Source: Bacteroidales bacterium UBA4772 (GTDB lineage Bacteria; Bacteroidota; Bacteroidia; Bacteroidales; VadinHA17). Taken from it: a stretch of 64,000 bases of DNA. Every line of letters starts with the position of its first letter. Position 1 is the stretch's first letter. Under the pieces are notes generated by a model. It saw only the letters and a program-made list of their open reading frames with translations, was not told the origin of the DNA and made no database searches. The stretch lies in assembly GCA_002403305.1 (NCBI GenBank), contig DHHM01000023.1, forward strand, positions 129,365 through 193,364, in the 5' to 3' direction. The position numbers and the translations under genes were made by a program. This document shows positions 33,245 through 43,769 of this stretch, piece by piece.

Positions 33245-34130
33245 ATTTGGGTACCTCTTTCTGGTAAATGGTGTAATCCGGGTATTTGCCGCTGCTGATC
33301 TTTTCAGTCATGACTGAGCTGCCGATGAAGAGGATTACAAGCAGCACCGGTCCCAGCAGTGTGAAGTTGATCCATTTGCCCGAGGCTGCCACGCTGAAGA
33401 GATAGAAGCTTATCCATATAGCCTGTTCGGAGGCAAAGTTGGGGTGGCGGACATACTTCCACAGGCCTTCCGTAAGAAAGCCCTTGCTGAGAGATTCAAT
33501 GTAGGGTTTCTGATTTTCCGACGGGCTGAGTTTCACGCTCTGGAACCTGTATTGCTGGTTGTCTGCGATGGTTTCGGTAACTATGAACAGCAGCATAAGC
33601 GTTGAGGCAACCAGGTCAGTAACACCCATCGGTACGCCCTGGTAAAGTGCGGCCATCAGCAGCGGTGTGGAGAAGAGCAGGATGAGCAGGTTTTGATAGA
33701 ATGATATAAAAAGAAGATTGAAGAGTCCGAACCTGAACCTGCCTCTGAGGGCACTGGTGTCTCTAAGTATCTTCCAGCGGTAGTCCTCTTCTCCCTGCCA
33801 GGGGATTATGCTGTATCCGCCCTTACGGTAAAAATTGAAACTAAGCCTTATCCCCCAGACTGTCACCAGGGAGGCCATCAGAAATAGCCTGGGTGAGGGA
33901 TAGGCCATTACCGTAATCCATGCATATGCCAGCGGCATCAGGCTCCATAGCTTGTCAACCTGGCTGTAGTTTCTCGTAATCTCACTCACAAGGAAACAGA
34001 CCAGCACAACTGCAATCATAAGGTTGATCCATGTCGAAACCAGGGACTGAAACTGCGGTTCGAATCCTGACAGGCCATTCAGAAAAGACGGCGACAGAAT
34101 AGTCATCATAATTGCGTAATTTAGTCTCAA
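33204..34130 (-). CDS. DUF1295 / steroid-5-alpha-reductase-like membrane protein
   Basis: Polytopic protein with the C-terminal [14 protein letters not shown] motif typical of this family. Convergent 41-nt overlap with acr3. Confidence 0.7.
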   Translation of the reverse strand: MRLNYAIMMTILSPSFLNGLSGFEPQFQSLVSTWINLMIAVVLVCFLVSEITRNYSQVDKLWSLMPLAYAWITVMAYPSPRLFLMASLVTVWGIRLSFNFYRKGGYSIIPWQGEEDYRWKILRDTSALRGRFRFGLFNLLFISFYQNLLILLFSTPLLMAALYQGVPMGVTDLVASTLMLLFIVTETIADNQQYRFQSVKLSPSENQKPYIESLSKGFLTEGLWKYVRHPNFASEQAIWISFYLFSVAASGKWINFTLLGPVLLVILFIGSSVMTEKISSGKYPDYTIYQKEVPKFIPRLFRRKQDQG

Positions 34131-34876
34131 AGATGATAAAAAAGATGAAAAGAATAATGCTCCTACTGTTTATTCTGCCCGGCTTCTCTCAAGTGGAGGT
34201 CACTTATGCTGACACGGGCAACAATCAGCCGATAAATGTCATCCTGATCTATCTTGATGACATGGGTTATGGAGACCTCTCAATGACGGGCTCAGGGGGT
34301 TATACCACCCCGAATATTGATCGGATGGCCGACCGTGGTATTTTTTTCACTCATTATTATTCCCCTCAGGCAGTCTGCAGTGCTTCACGTGCCGGCCTGA
34401 TGACCGGATGTTATCCGAACCGTGTCGGATTCAGCGGAGCACTGGACCACAGGGCAACAACAGGCATAAATGAAGAGGAGGAAACCATTGCTGAACTCCT
34501 GAAGAGGCGAGGGTACAAAACCGCCATTTTCGGCAAGTGGCATCTGGGTTGCCAGGAGCAGTTTCTGCCTCTGAACCACGGATTTGATGAGTTTTACGGA
34601 ATACCTTATTCCCATGACATGTGGCCATGGCACCCTCACACCAGGGATTATTACCCGCCCCTGCCGTTGATTGAAAATGAACAGGTTATTGCCACAAACC
34701 CTGATCATTCCCAATTTACACTTCAGTTTACGAAGAGAGCCATTGAATTTATTCACAGAAACAGTTCGAAGCCTTTCTTCATCTACCTGGCCCACCCGCT
34801 GTCACATGTGCCGCTGGGAGTATCCGGCGCTTTTAGCGGAAAGACGGAGCAGGGAATGTACGGGGAGGATAGATGA
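34112..34876 (+). pseudogene. Sulfatase, N-terminal half only (truncated)
   Basis: Signal peptide, metal site LIYLDDMGYGDL, and a formylglycine-type motif CSASRAGLMTG (Ala where Pro is usual). The ORF stops after ..GMYGEDR at ~254 aa versus ~450-500 aa. Only 149 nt of non-coding DNA follows. Alternative starts at 34133 and 34145. Confidence 0.55.
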
Positions 34877-35025
34877 TTGAGAATTCACTGTAATTACGAT
34901 GTAGCTTTAAACTCCATCACACATTGTTTCTTATCCGGTCAGTGAACAGTTTATTGAGAGTCACAGAGTAACCGGAACAGATCAAAGCCGCCTGTTTGAT
35001 TAAATGGATTATATCAGGATCTCTT

Positions 35026-37833
35026 TCAATCCCCCGCAGCCTTCCCGAAGGAGGAAACCTTTGCTCTCAGATATCTTCCCGTATGTGACGATTCGCATGC
35101 GGCAAGCTGCTCCGGGGTTCCTTCGAAAACCACATGGCCTCCATTTTCTCCACCCTCGGGGCCGAGGTCAATGACCCAGTCGGCGCACTTGATTACCTCT
35201 ACGTTGTGCTCAATGAGAATCACCGAGTGACCGTGATCGACGAGGGCATTAAGCGATTTCATCAGCTTTCCTATATCGTGAAAGTGAAGTCCGGTGGTGG
35301 GTTCGTCGAAGACGAAAAGCATTTTCTCGCTGCTCTTTTCCTGGCTGAGATAGTATGCCAGCTTGACGCGCTGGCTCTCGCCACCGGAGAGGGTTGATGA
35401 CGACTGCCCCAGCCTGACATACCCCAGTCCCACATCTGCCAGTGGTTTCAGCTTATCAGCTATCTTCTTGCAGCTCTTATCCTTACATTCGCCGAAGAAC
35501 TCTATCGCTTCGTCAATGGTCATCTCCAGAACGTCATAGATGTTCCTGCCGTGGAATTTCACATCAAGGATATCGCGTTTATAGCGCATCCCCTTACATG
35601 TCTCGCACGTCAGCTCTACGTCGGCCATAAACTGCATTTCGACCCTGATGACACCCTCACCCTGGCACTCCTCGCACCGTCCGCCTTCAACATTGAATGA
35701 GAAGTGGGCAGGCTTGAAGCCCGACTGTACTGCGGCCTGCTGCTCAGCGAAGAGCTTCCGGATTTCATCAAAGGCCTTAAGGTATGTGACGGGATTGGAG
35801 CGGCTTGACTTGCCAATAGGGTTCTGGTCTATCAACTCCACAGCCGTGATGCTTGTCATGTCTCCCTCCAGGGCAGTGAAACGGCCCGGTTTCAGGCCGT
35901 TGTTACCCAGTCTCGACGAGAGGGCATTGAAGAGGATATCATGCACCAGGGTGCTCTTACCGGAACCGCTTACTCCCGTCACGGCAGTAATGGTATGGAG
36001 CGGGAATTTGACACCAATATCCTTCAGGTTATTCTCACGAGCGCCTTTTACAGCTATGTAGCTGTGCCATCTGCGCCTCACTGCCGGCTCCTCTATGCGC
36101 ATCGCTCCGGTCATGTACGCGGCGGTAAGGGAACTGTTCTTCTTCGGGAACGCTGCGCTTCCCTGGTAGATCACCTCTCCGCCATGAGTCCCGGCAGCAG
36201 GTCCCATATCTATTATCTGGTCCGCGGCCCTGATGATCTCCTCCTCGTGCTCAACAACGATGACTGTGTTGCCAAGATCACGCAGTTCCCCGAGCACGTT
36301 AACAAGAAGGTTGGTATCGCGCGGATGCAGCCCTATGCTGGGCTCATCAAGGATATAGAGTGATCCCACCAGGCTGCTGCCCAGTGAGGTGGCGAGGTTG
36401 ATGCGCTGCGACTCTCCTCCTGACAGCGTGTTGGAGAGCCTGTCGAGGGTGAGGTAGGTGAGTCCCACATTCACGAGAAATCCCAGTCGCTGTTGTATCT
36501 CCTTGAGAAGACGTCCCGCTATCTCTCTCTCCTCACCGTTAAGGGTCAGGTGTTCAAAGAACTCATGAGCCTCACTCACCGGCATTGCTGTTATCTCCGT
36601 TATTGACCTGCCGCCGACCTTCACCCAGCCGGCCTCCTTGCGCAGCCTGTTGCCACCGCAGGAGGGACAGGTGCGTTTGCCCCTGTAGCGGCTGAGCATG
36701 ACCCTGTACTGTATCTTGTATTTCTTCTCCTCGAGATGTTCGAAGAACTGGTTCAGTCCGAAGAAATACCTGTTGCCGCTCCATACCAGGGCCTTTTGTT
36801 CAGGAGTGAGCATGTACCAGGGTTTATGAATGGGAAAGTCAAACTTGTCAGCACTGTATATGAGCCTCTCCTTCCATTGCTTCATGGTCTCTCCCCTCCA
36901 GCAGGCGATGGCGTCATCATATACCGAGAGGTTTTCATCGGGTATGACAAGGTTTTCATCGATACCTATTACCTTACCGTATCCCTCACATTCGGGGCAG
37001 GCGCCAATGGGTGAGTTAAAGCTGAAGAGATGTTCAGTCGGCTCTTCAAAGGTGATACCATCTTCCTCGAATTTATCAGAGAAACTGACATTCTGTGTTG
37101 TCTCTTCATCAGCCACGGTAAGGGTGATATGCCCCCTTCCGGTGAGAAATGCCGTCTGCACTGAGTCGGCAGCGCGGCTCAGCTCTTCCGGGCTGTGTCC
37201 TGTCGGAAACCTGTCTATTATAAGGTCAAGCTGTGGCATCTTGCCGATCAGGTCTGCCGCACCCTCATCATCGAGCCTCACAAGACCCTTTTCGGTGCTT
37301 ATGCGGTTATAACCCTGTTTCAACAGGAAGCTGATAAACTCTGACGGATCAACATCTTCCGGTACATCCAGTGGAGCTGTCAGCAGAATGCGGCTTCCTT
37401 CAGGCAACGCGGCAAGGTAATTAACCACGTCATCAACGGTATGTTTTCTTACCTCCCTGCCGGAGATGGGAGAGATGGTATGCCCGACACGGGCCCAGAG
37501 CAGCCGCAGGTAATCATGGATCTCGGTGCTGGTGCCGACCGTTGACCTGGGATTGCGGGTGTTGACCTTCTGCTCGATGGCTATGGCCGGGGGTATGCCG
37601 TTGATGAAATCCACATCGGGCTTGTTCATGCGCCCGAGAAACTGCCTCGCGTAGGAGGAGAGACTCTCCACATATCTCCTCTGACCCTCGGCATATATGG
37701 TGTCAAATGCCAGTGAAGACTTTCCGGACCCCGATACTCCGGTTATGACTATGAGGCTGTCACGGGGAATTGTCAGGGTTATATCCTTAAGGTTATGTAC
37801 TCTTGCTCCCTTGATTTCGATATTACCCTTCAT
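35026..37833 (-). CDS. uvrA: Excinuclease ABC subunit A
   Basis: Start at MKGNIEIKGARVHNLK. Two ABC modules (GVSGSGKSSLAF, GVSGSGKSTLV, LSGGESQR twice). Zn-finger Cys clusters (CPECEGYG, CEECQGEG). Confidence 0.95.
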   Translation of the reverse strand: MKGNIEIKGARVHNLKDITLTIPRDSLIVITGVSGSGKSSLAFDTIYAEGQRRYVESLSSYARQFLGRMNKPDVDFINGIPPAIAIEQKVNTRNPRSTVGTSTEIHDYLRLLWARVGHTISPISGREVRKHTVDDVVNYLAALPEGSRILLTAPLDVPEDVDPSEFISFLLKQGYNRISTEKGLVRLDDEGAADLIGKMPQLDLIIDRFPTGHSPEELSRAADSVQTAFLTGRGHITLTVADEETTQNVSFSDKFEEDGITFEEPTEHLFSFNSPIGACPECEGYGKVIGIDENLVIPDENLSVYDDAIACWRGETMKQWKERLIYSADKFDFPIHKPWYMLTPEQKALVWSGNRYFFGLNQFFEHLEEKKYKIQYRVMLSRYRGKRTCPSCGGNRLRKEAGWVKVGGRSITEITAMPVSEAHEFFEHLTLNGEEREIAGRLLKEIQQRLGFLVNVGLTYLTLDRLSNTLSGGESQRINLATSLGSSLVGSLYILDEPSIGLHPRDTNLLVNVLGELRDLGNTVIVVEHEEEIIRAADQIIDMGPAAGTHGGEVIYQGSAAFPKKNSSLTAAYMTGAMRIEEPAVRRRWHSYIAVKGARENNLKDIGVKFPLHTITAVTGVSGSGKSTLVHDILFNALSSRLGNNGLKPGRFTALEGDMTSITAVELIDQNPIGKSSRSNPVTYLKAFDEIRKLFAEQQAAVQSGFKPAHFSFNVEGGRCEECQGEGVIRVEMQFMADVELTCETCKGMRYKRDILDVKFHGRNIYDVLEMTIDEAIEFFGECKDKSCKKIADKLKPLADVGLGYVRLGQSSSTLSGGESQRVKLAYYLSQEKSSEKMLFVFDEPTTGLHFHDIGKLMKSLNALVDHGHSVILIEHNVEVIKCADWVIDLGPEGGENGGHVVFEGTPEQLAACESSHTGRYLRAKVSSFGKAAGD

Positions 37834-38210
37834 GCGTTCTCCGTTTGCGAAAAAGCCAAAATTAATGATTTTGTATTGATTAAATTTTGTTTTCTTTGTC
37901 TTGAGTATAAACGCAACCTGCATGAAGAACAGCTTGCATAAATAATTTTCAGTTAATTTTCATTCAGGTTCAGGTAAGCCATTGCAGTAATTATTATACA
38001 TATACGAATGAAACTCACATGAGCAGACACACACAGGGGAATGATTATTTTTTTTCATGTAAGTTCCATTATACCAATGAAATAATAATTTAATCATCTA
38101 ATGAAACAATAGGGGAATACCATCCGTATAACCCAACAGAAAAAAACACAAACGAAACAAAGGAGGGCCGCCTATCGTATAACTGTACTCGTGAACCAAA
38201 AGAGTTAGTT

Positions 38211-38798
38211 ATGAAGAGTAAAATGACCGATTATGAGCTTATTAAGAGCTACGTAGACGGTAATGAAAGAAGCATAGAGCTGCTTATCCTGCGCCACAAA
38301 AGCAAAGTCTATTCTTATATCAGCCTTTACATTCGCAACCGCGATCTGGCCGACGACGTCTTCCAGGACACTTTCCTGAAGGTGGTACAGTCAATCCGCG
38401 CCGGCCGGTACCAGGATGACGGAAGGTTTATTTCGTGGGTGATGCGTATAGCTCATAACCTGATCATTGACCACTTCAGACACGAGAAACAGATGGGTAT
38501 AGTCCTTAACGATGACTACGAGGCAGACCTGCTCAACTCAAGGAAACTGTCGGATGACAATGTTGAGGATGTCATTGTTCGCAGGCAGGTGATGCGTGAT
38601 GTGAGGAGCCTGATAAACGGACTGCCGGAAGACCAGCGTGAGGTGGTTATCATGAGGCATTATGCCGGGATGAGCTTCAAGGAGATTGCCGACATGACAG
38701 GTGTCAGCATCAATACTGCCCTTGGCAGGATGCGTTATGCACTTATCAACATGCGTAAAATAATGGTGGAAAAAAATATCACCCTTTCACTTAGCTGA
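38211..38798 (+). CDS. ECF-type RNA polymerase sigma-70 family factor
   Basis: Region 2 (DLADDVFQDTFLKV...FISWVMRIAHNLIIDHFR) and region 4 (EVVIMRHYAGMSFKEIADMTGVSINTALGRMRYAL). Confidence 0.85.
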   Translation: MKSKMTDYELIKSYVDGNERSIELLILRHKSKVYSYISLYIRNRDLADDVFQDTFLKVVQSIRAGRYQDDGRFISWVMRIAHNLIIDHFRHEKQMGIVLNDDYEADLLNSRKLSDDNVEDVIVRRQVMRDVRSLINGLPEDQREVVIMRHYAGMSFKEIADMTGVSINTALGRMRYALINMRKIMVEKNITLSLS

Positions 38799-38832
38799 TA
38801 CAATTTTTGATTATGCGTGGCGTTTCTCTTTT

Positions 38833-39048
38833 ATGAGAACAAAAACGCCTATGGATAAGAATTCTACCCTCTTACTTTCTTATTTCGAGGTTACCAATAC
38901 ACCTTCAGACCTGATAGCTGATGCCTTTGGTATTGATTCGGCCCTGAGCGTTTTGCTTCCTGACATGGAGGATCAGCCCTCTGATGATGTTGTTGCAGAC
39001 CTGTTTGAAAAGATCAGGCGCAAAAAAGCCCGGAAGTCCGGGAAATAG
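38833..39048 (+). CDS. Hypothetical small acidic protein (71 aa) downstream of the sigma factor
   Basis: ORF 34 nt after the sigma gene, no TM segment, basic C-terminus. Anti-sigma role is only a positional guess. Confidence 0.4.
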   Translation: MRTKTPMDKNSTLLLSYFEVTNTPSDLIADAFGIDSALSVLLPDMEDQPSDDVVADLFEKIRRKKARKSGK

Positions 39049-39088
39049 ATCATGAGTCCATAGCCGGTAATCCGGCTGATATATGATG

Positions 39089-39117
39089 AGGCTTTCTTCG
39101 GGAAGCCTTATTTGTTA
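39089..39117 (+). terminator. Putative intrinsic terminator
   Basis: aggctt-tcttcggg-aagcct followed by tatttgtt. A second small hairpin agccgg-taat-ccggct lies at 39062-39077. Confidence 0.4.
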
Positions 39118-39186
39118 TATCCATAGCAGAGGTCATCATTTTTCTGTGATGATTTTTTTACCTTAGCAAAACTCAAACAGATTCAA

Positions 39187-40854
39187 ATGAAAAGAACGAT
39201 TATCTTTTTTACGGTACTTATGACCATCCTCTGGTCATGCACATCAAAACAGGAAAAAATGGAAAACAGAATGAGCGGATTTATAAGCTCTTATGAGACT
39301 AAGATAATTCCACTTTATAAGGAGTACACCCTGGCAGACTGGGAAGCCAATATTACAGGTACTGATGAAGCCTGGGCGCACCGGGAGAAGGCCTCAATTG
39401 AATTCATCAGTTTCTATACTGACAAGGATGCCTTTACTGAATTGAATGAGCTGAAAGAGTCCGGGATGGTGAAAGATCCATTACTTGCCCGCCAGCTGGA
39501 TATCCTTTATAACCAGTACCTTCAGGGACAGATTGACACCAGTCTGATCTCCGAGCAGGTGAAGATGGAGACAGAGATAACAAAAAAATACAACACCTTC
39601 AGGGCAACGGTCAACGGAAAGCAGCTCAGTGATAATGATATAGAGAATATCCTGCGGAGTTCAACCAGCAGCCAGGAGCTGCAGGCAGCCTGGGAAGGCC
39701 ACAAGATGATTGGGCCTGTCGTGGCAGATGAAATCCTCATGCTTGTCAGGCACCGCAACAAGATAGCCCGGCAGCTCGGGTTTGACAACTATCATCAGAT
39801 GAGTCTGAAGCTGTCAGGACAGGATCCTGAGGAGATTACAAGGCTTTTTGATGAACTCGACAGCCTGACGCGTGATAACTTTGCAAAGTTGAAGGGCGAT
39901 ATCGACGCCTATTTTGCAAAACATTACAAGCTGGATCCCGGACAACTTCAGCCATGGCATTACCAGAACAGGTATTTTCAGGAGGCTCCGGAGATCTACC
40001 CGGTTGACTTCGACAGCTATTATGCGAATCAGGATCCGGTCAGGCTGGCATCTGAATTCTATGCAGACCTTGGCCTGCCGGTTGATGCCATCCTTGCAAA
40101 GAGTGACCTTTATGAGAAACCCGGGAAGAATCAGCATGCGTTCTCTATTGATATTGACCGGGCCGGCGACGTTCGCACGCTTGACAACATCAAGCCTGAT
40201 GCAAACTGGATGAATACCATTCTTCATGAACTGGGACACGGCGTATACTCGTACTATAATGATATGTCGCTGCCGTTCACCCTCCGCGATGCAGCCCACA
40301 CATTCACCACCGAAGCCATCGCCAACTATTTCGGCAGGCTGGCAACAAGCCCTGCCTGGATGAATTATATGGGTATCATTGATGAGGAGGAAATGAACAA
40401 GATTTCGGAAGACAGCTTCAGGGCTTTCAGGCTTCAGCAACTCGTCTTCAGCCGCTGGGCACAGGTGATGTACCGTTTTGAGAAGGCAATGTATGAGAAT
40501 CCTGACCAGGATCTCAACCAGCTATGGTGGGACACAGTTGAGAGATACCAGATGATGAAGAAGCCTGAGGGTCGCAATATGCCTGACTGGGCCACAAAGA
40601 TCCATGTTGCGCTCTATCCCTGCTATTACCACAATTATTTGCTGGGAGAGCTGCTGGCTTCACAGTTTGAAAATCATTTGCAGGATGCCGTGGCGATCTC
40701 AGGAGATGTTGAGGCAGACCTGAAAGCAACGGGTGAATATTTTAAAAGCAACGTATTCATGCCTGGCGCAAGGTACCAGTGGAATGAGATGATAGAAAAA
40801 GCCACCGGAGAAAAGCTGACAGCCAGGTATTATGCCATGCAGTTTGTGCAATAA
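39187..40854 (+). CDS. M2-family (angiotensin-converting-enzyme-like) peptidyl-dipeptidase lipoprotein
   Basis: Lipobox ILWSC, zincin motif HELGHGVY with a downstream Glu, ~555 aa. Overall ACE-like N-terminal helices (..LADWEANITGTDEAW..). Confidence 0.75.
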   Translation: MKRTIIFFTVLMTILWSCTSKQEKMENRMSGFISSYETKIIPLYKEYTLADWEANITGTDEAWAHREKASIEFISFYTDKDAFTELNELKESGMVKDPLLARQLDILYNQYLQGQIDTSLISEQVKMETEITKKYNTFRATVNGKQLSDNDIENILRSSTSSQELQAAWEGHKMIGPVVADEILMLVRHRNKIARQLGFDNYHQMSLKLSGQDPEEITRLFDELDSLTRDNFAKLKGDIDAYFAKHYKLDPGQLQPWHYQNRYFQEAPEIYPVDFDSYYANQDPVRLASEFYADLGLPVDAILAKSDLYEKPGKNQHAFSIDIDRAGDVRTLDNIKPDANWMNTILHELGHGVYSYYNDMSLPFTLRDAAHTFTTEAIANYFGRLATSPAWMNYMGIIDEEEMNKISEDSFRAFRLQQLVFSRWAQVMYRFEKAMYENPDQDLNQLWWDTVERYQMMKKPEGRNMPDWATKIHVALYPCYYHNYLLGELLASQFENHLQDAVAISGDVEADLKATGEYFKSNVFMPGARYQWNEMIEKATGEKLTARYYAMQFVQ

Positions 40855-40880
40855 TTATATGTCAAATAAAAATGTTACAC

Positions 40881-42914
40881 ATGAAAAAGTATCTGTTTCT
40901 TATGATCGTAGTTCTTACAGCTTGCTCAACGCCCGATAAAAAGGGGGGCGATTCTGTTGCAGGTTCTCCGGATGAGACCCTCATTAAAAGTTCGGTTGAG
41001 AAAGTACTGGCACTTCAGCCCTCGGCTGATCCGTTGCTCCTTGAGAAGGGAGTAAGACATGCCGCATCACTCTGGAGGGAGGATGACGGCACCGCAGAGG
41101 AGTTTGCTGAATTTGTTGCCGGAAACTATATTTCTGATCCGGAAAAACGCAGGAGAGTCTTTCTGAAGGTCAGTAATTACTTGGAATCGCTTTCGGGTAA
41201 CATGAATGAGATAACGCTGGATCTGAGGAAGGTGCTTGACGAGGCTGCCGGTGAGATTGACGAGGTAGACCGCATGTTCGGCAACTACTCCGTGGGGTCA
41301 CATCTTCAGACCGATTTCTACAATAACAGGATTGCCTTTGTGATAGCCCTCAACTTCCCATACTATACCCTTGCGGAAAAGGAGGAACTTGGTTCGGGAT
41401 GGAGCCGCGAAGAGTGGGCTATGGCCCGGCTCGGTGACCAGTTTATCTCACGTGTGCCGGCCGAACTGAACCAGGCCGCAACAGTGGCAATGGGTAACGC
41501 GGAGATGTATATCGCAGAATACAATATACATATGGGGAAGCTGCGTACAGACGACGGAAAGCAGCTTTTCCCCGATGACATGATACTACTGTCTCACTGG
41601 AACCTTCGTGATGAGATCAAGTCGAACTATGCCGACAATGAAAAAGGACCGGAGAAGCAGGAGATGATTTACAGGGTGATGGAGCGCATCATCCGTCAGG
41701 AGATACCTGAGAAAGTCATTAATAACCCTGAATATGAGTGGTCTCCCTATTCCAACAAGACAGTAAAGGATGGTTCTGCCGTTGAGCTGGATGCTGAGCC
41801 TGATACCCGTTATTCGCATCTGCTGAATAACTTCAACTCGGAGAGGGCTATTGACCCTTATGTTCCGGTTATGAACACAGCCATACTCCGCAGTTTCTCC
41901 GGCGGCATGGAGATTTCACAGGAGGATGCCGAGGCTCTCTTTGATGAATATCTCAGCTCGCCGCAGCTCAAGCAGCTGGGGGAGTTGATAAAGTCGAGGC
42001 TGGGACGTGATCTGAGGCCCTATGACATCTGGTATGACGGATTCAAATCGAGAAGTTCAATACCCGGGAGCCTTCTTACTGCCAGGACTTCAGCCCTATA
42101 TCCGACTCCCTCCGCCTTCCATATGGGTATGCCGGCCATGCTCGTCAAATTGGGATGGTCACCCGAGAGGGCAAAACAGATCGCTGACAGGATAGTGGTT
42201 GATCCTGCCAGAGGCTCAGGCCATGCCTGGGGTGCCGGAATGAAGGGAGCAGTATCGCACCTTCGTACCCGCGTCTCTGACAAGGGCATGGACTACAAGG
42301 GCTACAATATTGCCGTCCACGAGTTCGGTCATAATGTGGAACAGACAATCTCTCTCTATGATGTTGACTATTACACGCTATCCGGTGTGCCAAACACAGC
42401 ATTCACAGAGGCAACGGCCTTCCTCTTCCAGGACCGAGACCTGATGCTTCTTGGCATGAGGGAGGACAACCCTGAGAAGGAGAAGCTTCAGACGCTTGAT
42501 GCAGCATGGTCACTGATGGAGATTATGGGGGTCAGCATGGTGGAGATGAAGTTGTGGAAGTGGCTCTACGAGAATCCTCAGACTACACCGGCAGAGCTCA
42601 GGGATCAGACAGTCAACATAGCGGTTGAGGTATGGAACAAATATTTCGCTACGGTGTTGGGAGTGAGTGACTCTCCGCTGCTGGCCATCTATTCGCATAT
42701 GATCAACGGACCTCTTTACCTGCAGAACTATGCTTACGGGCAGATAATCCAGTTTCAGATAGAAGATCACCTGAAAGGCAAGGATTTCTCTGATGAGATT
42801 GACCGCATGTACAGTCTCGGGCGTCTGACACCGCAGCACTGGATGAACAAGGCTGCAGGAGTAAAGATCTCGGCACAGCCTGTTCTCAGGGCTCTCGATG
42901 AGGCACTGAGATAA
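40881..42914 (+). CDS. Zincin metallopeptidase-like lipoprotein (family not identified)
   Basis: Start at MKKYLFLMIVVLTAC|S (lipobox). HEFGHNVEQ zinc motif at ~aa 490. Confidence 0.6.
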   Translation: MKKYLFLMIVVLTACSTPDKKGGDSVAGSPDETLIKSSVEKVLALQPSADPLLLEKGVRHAASLWREDDGTAEEFAEFVAGNYISDPEKRRRVFLKVSNYLESLSGNMNEITLDLRKVLDEAAGEIDEVDRMFGNYSVGSHLQTDFYNNRIAFVIALNFPYYTLAEKEELGSGWSREEWAMARLGDQFISRVPAELNQAATVAMGNAEMYIAEYNIHMGKLRTDDGKQLFPDDMILLSHWNLRDEIKSNYADNEKGPEKQEMIYRVMERIIRQEIPEKVINNPEYEWSPYSNKTVKDGSAVELDAEPDTRYSHLLNNFNSERAIDPYVPVMNTAILRSFSGGMEISQEDAEALFDEYLSSPQLKQLGELIKSRLGRDLRPYDIWYDGFKSRSSIPGSLLTARTSALYPTPSAFHMGMPAMLVKLGWSPERAKQIADRIVVDPARGSGHAWGAGMKGAVSHLRTRVSDKGMDYKGYNIAVHEFGHNVEQTISLYDVDYYTLSGVPNTAFTEATAFLFQDRDLMLLGMREDNPEKEKLQTLDAAWSLMEIMGVSMVEMKLWKWLYENPQTTPAELRDQTVNIAVEVWNKYFATVLGVSDSPLLAIYSHMINGPLYLQNYAYGQIIQFQIEDHLKGKDFSDEIDRMYSLGRLTPQHWMNKAAGVKISAQPVLRALDEALR

Positions 42915-43683
42915 TGTAGTAACCGGTGGTTGCGATGAAGTTCCTGAGAAAGGAGACTTTCCCCGGAAATTGAGGCAGCCGACGGGGGCGGAGGCCGAAC
43001 TTGATCTCAAAATTGGGGTTTATAAGCCAGAGGGATTTTCTCAGGATGGAGAATCCCTCTCTCTTTACAATCCTCTCAAAAGATCCGATATTGATACCTG
43101 TATCCTTTATCTCAAGCAGTCCTTCGATACGCGCCGGGGTCTCTCCCGCCGTGAGCAGCAGCCACCTGTAGATCATGCGCGGAAGGAGATGGATCCAGGG
43201 GAGCTTCGAAAGAACCCTGCTGTCACACATCTGCTGGTGCCCCCCGAAGGGGTTGTTCCAGGGAGGAAAGGCAATAAACAGAATGCCTCCGCGATTGACA
43301 AACCTTTTGACAAAACCGATGAACCGTGCCTGGTCGTGAATATGCTCAAGTACATCGCGCATCATCACCAGGTCAAAGGAACCAACAGAGGCTGAATCAT
43401 AAATGTCAGCCGCAATGAACTCAATCCTTTCGCCCCCGGGAATTACTGAATAGAAGCTTCGGGCATTCTCAATCTTGTTTTCTGAAAGGTCTATGCCCGT
43501 CAGACGACTGCATCCTGCCTCAAGAAACGGATGGAGGTTACCCCCCTCACCGCACCCGATCTCCAGCACGGACATCAAATCGTTAACTGGCAAGATGCTC
43601 TCAATGAATGGAATAACATGCCTTGATGTGGTATGTGCCTGCTCCCTGAAATAGAGCTCACGGTCACTGTGACGTTCATGCAT
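42886..43683 (-). CDS. Class I SAM-dependent methyltransferase
   Basis: Motif I VLEIGCGEGGNL, motif post-I TGIDLS, and DLVMMRDVLEHI. Confidence 0.8.
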   Translation of the reverse strand: MHERHSDRELYFREQAHTTSRHVIPFIESILPVNDLMSVLEIGCGEGGNLHPFLEAGCSRLTGIDLSENKIENARSFYSVIPGGERIEFIAADIYDSASVGSFDLVMMRDVLEHIHDQARFIGFVKRFVNRGGILFIAFPPWNNPFGGHQQMCDSRVLSKLPWIHLLPRMIYRWLLLTAGETPARIEGLLEIKDTGINIGSFERIVKREGFSILRKSLWLINPNFEIKFGLRPRRLPQFPGKVSFLRNFIATTGYYIISVPHREP

Positions 43684-43736
43684 GGCTCAAATGTATTTTT
43701 TTTTTCGTTTTACTTGACTTTGCTATTTTGTTATGA

Positions 43737-43744
43737 TATATTTG
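43737..43744 (+). promoter_or_regulatory. -7 box (TAnnTTTG) candidate for the SPFH operon
   Basis: TATATTTG overlapping the left arm of the 11-bp inverted repeat. Confidence 0.4.
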
Positions 43745-43768
43745 TGATATCAAAATAATATCACAAAT
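43740..43768. promoter_or_regulatory. Perfect 11-bp inverted repeat (operator candidate)
   Basis: atttgtgatat-caaaata-atatcacaaat, ending 1 nt before the SPFH ATG (43770). Confidence 0.5.
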
Positions 43769-43769
43769 C

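Noticed and set aside
34057-34067. GGTTCGAATCC, the canonical tRNA T-loop sequence
   Set aside because: The flanking bases (ctgcg / tgaca) cannot form the T-stem, there is no acceptor or anticodon arm, and it lies inside the DUF1295 CDS. It is a chance match, not a tRNA.
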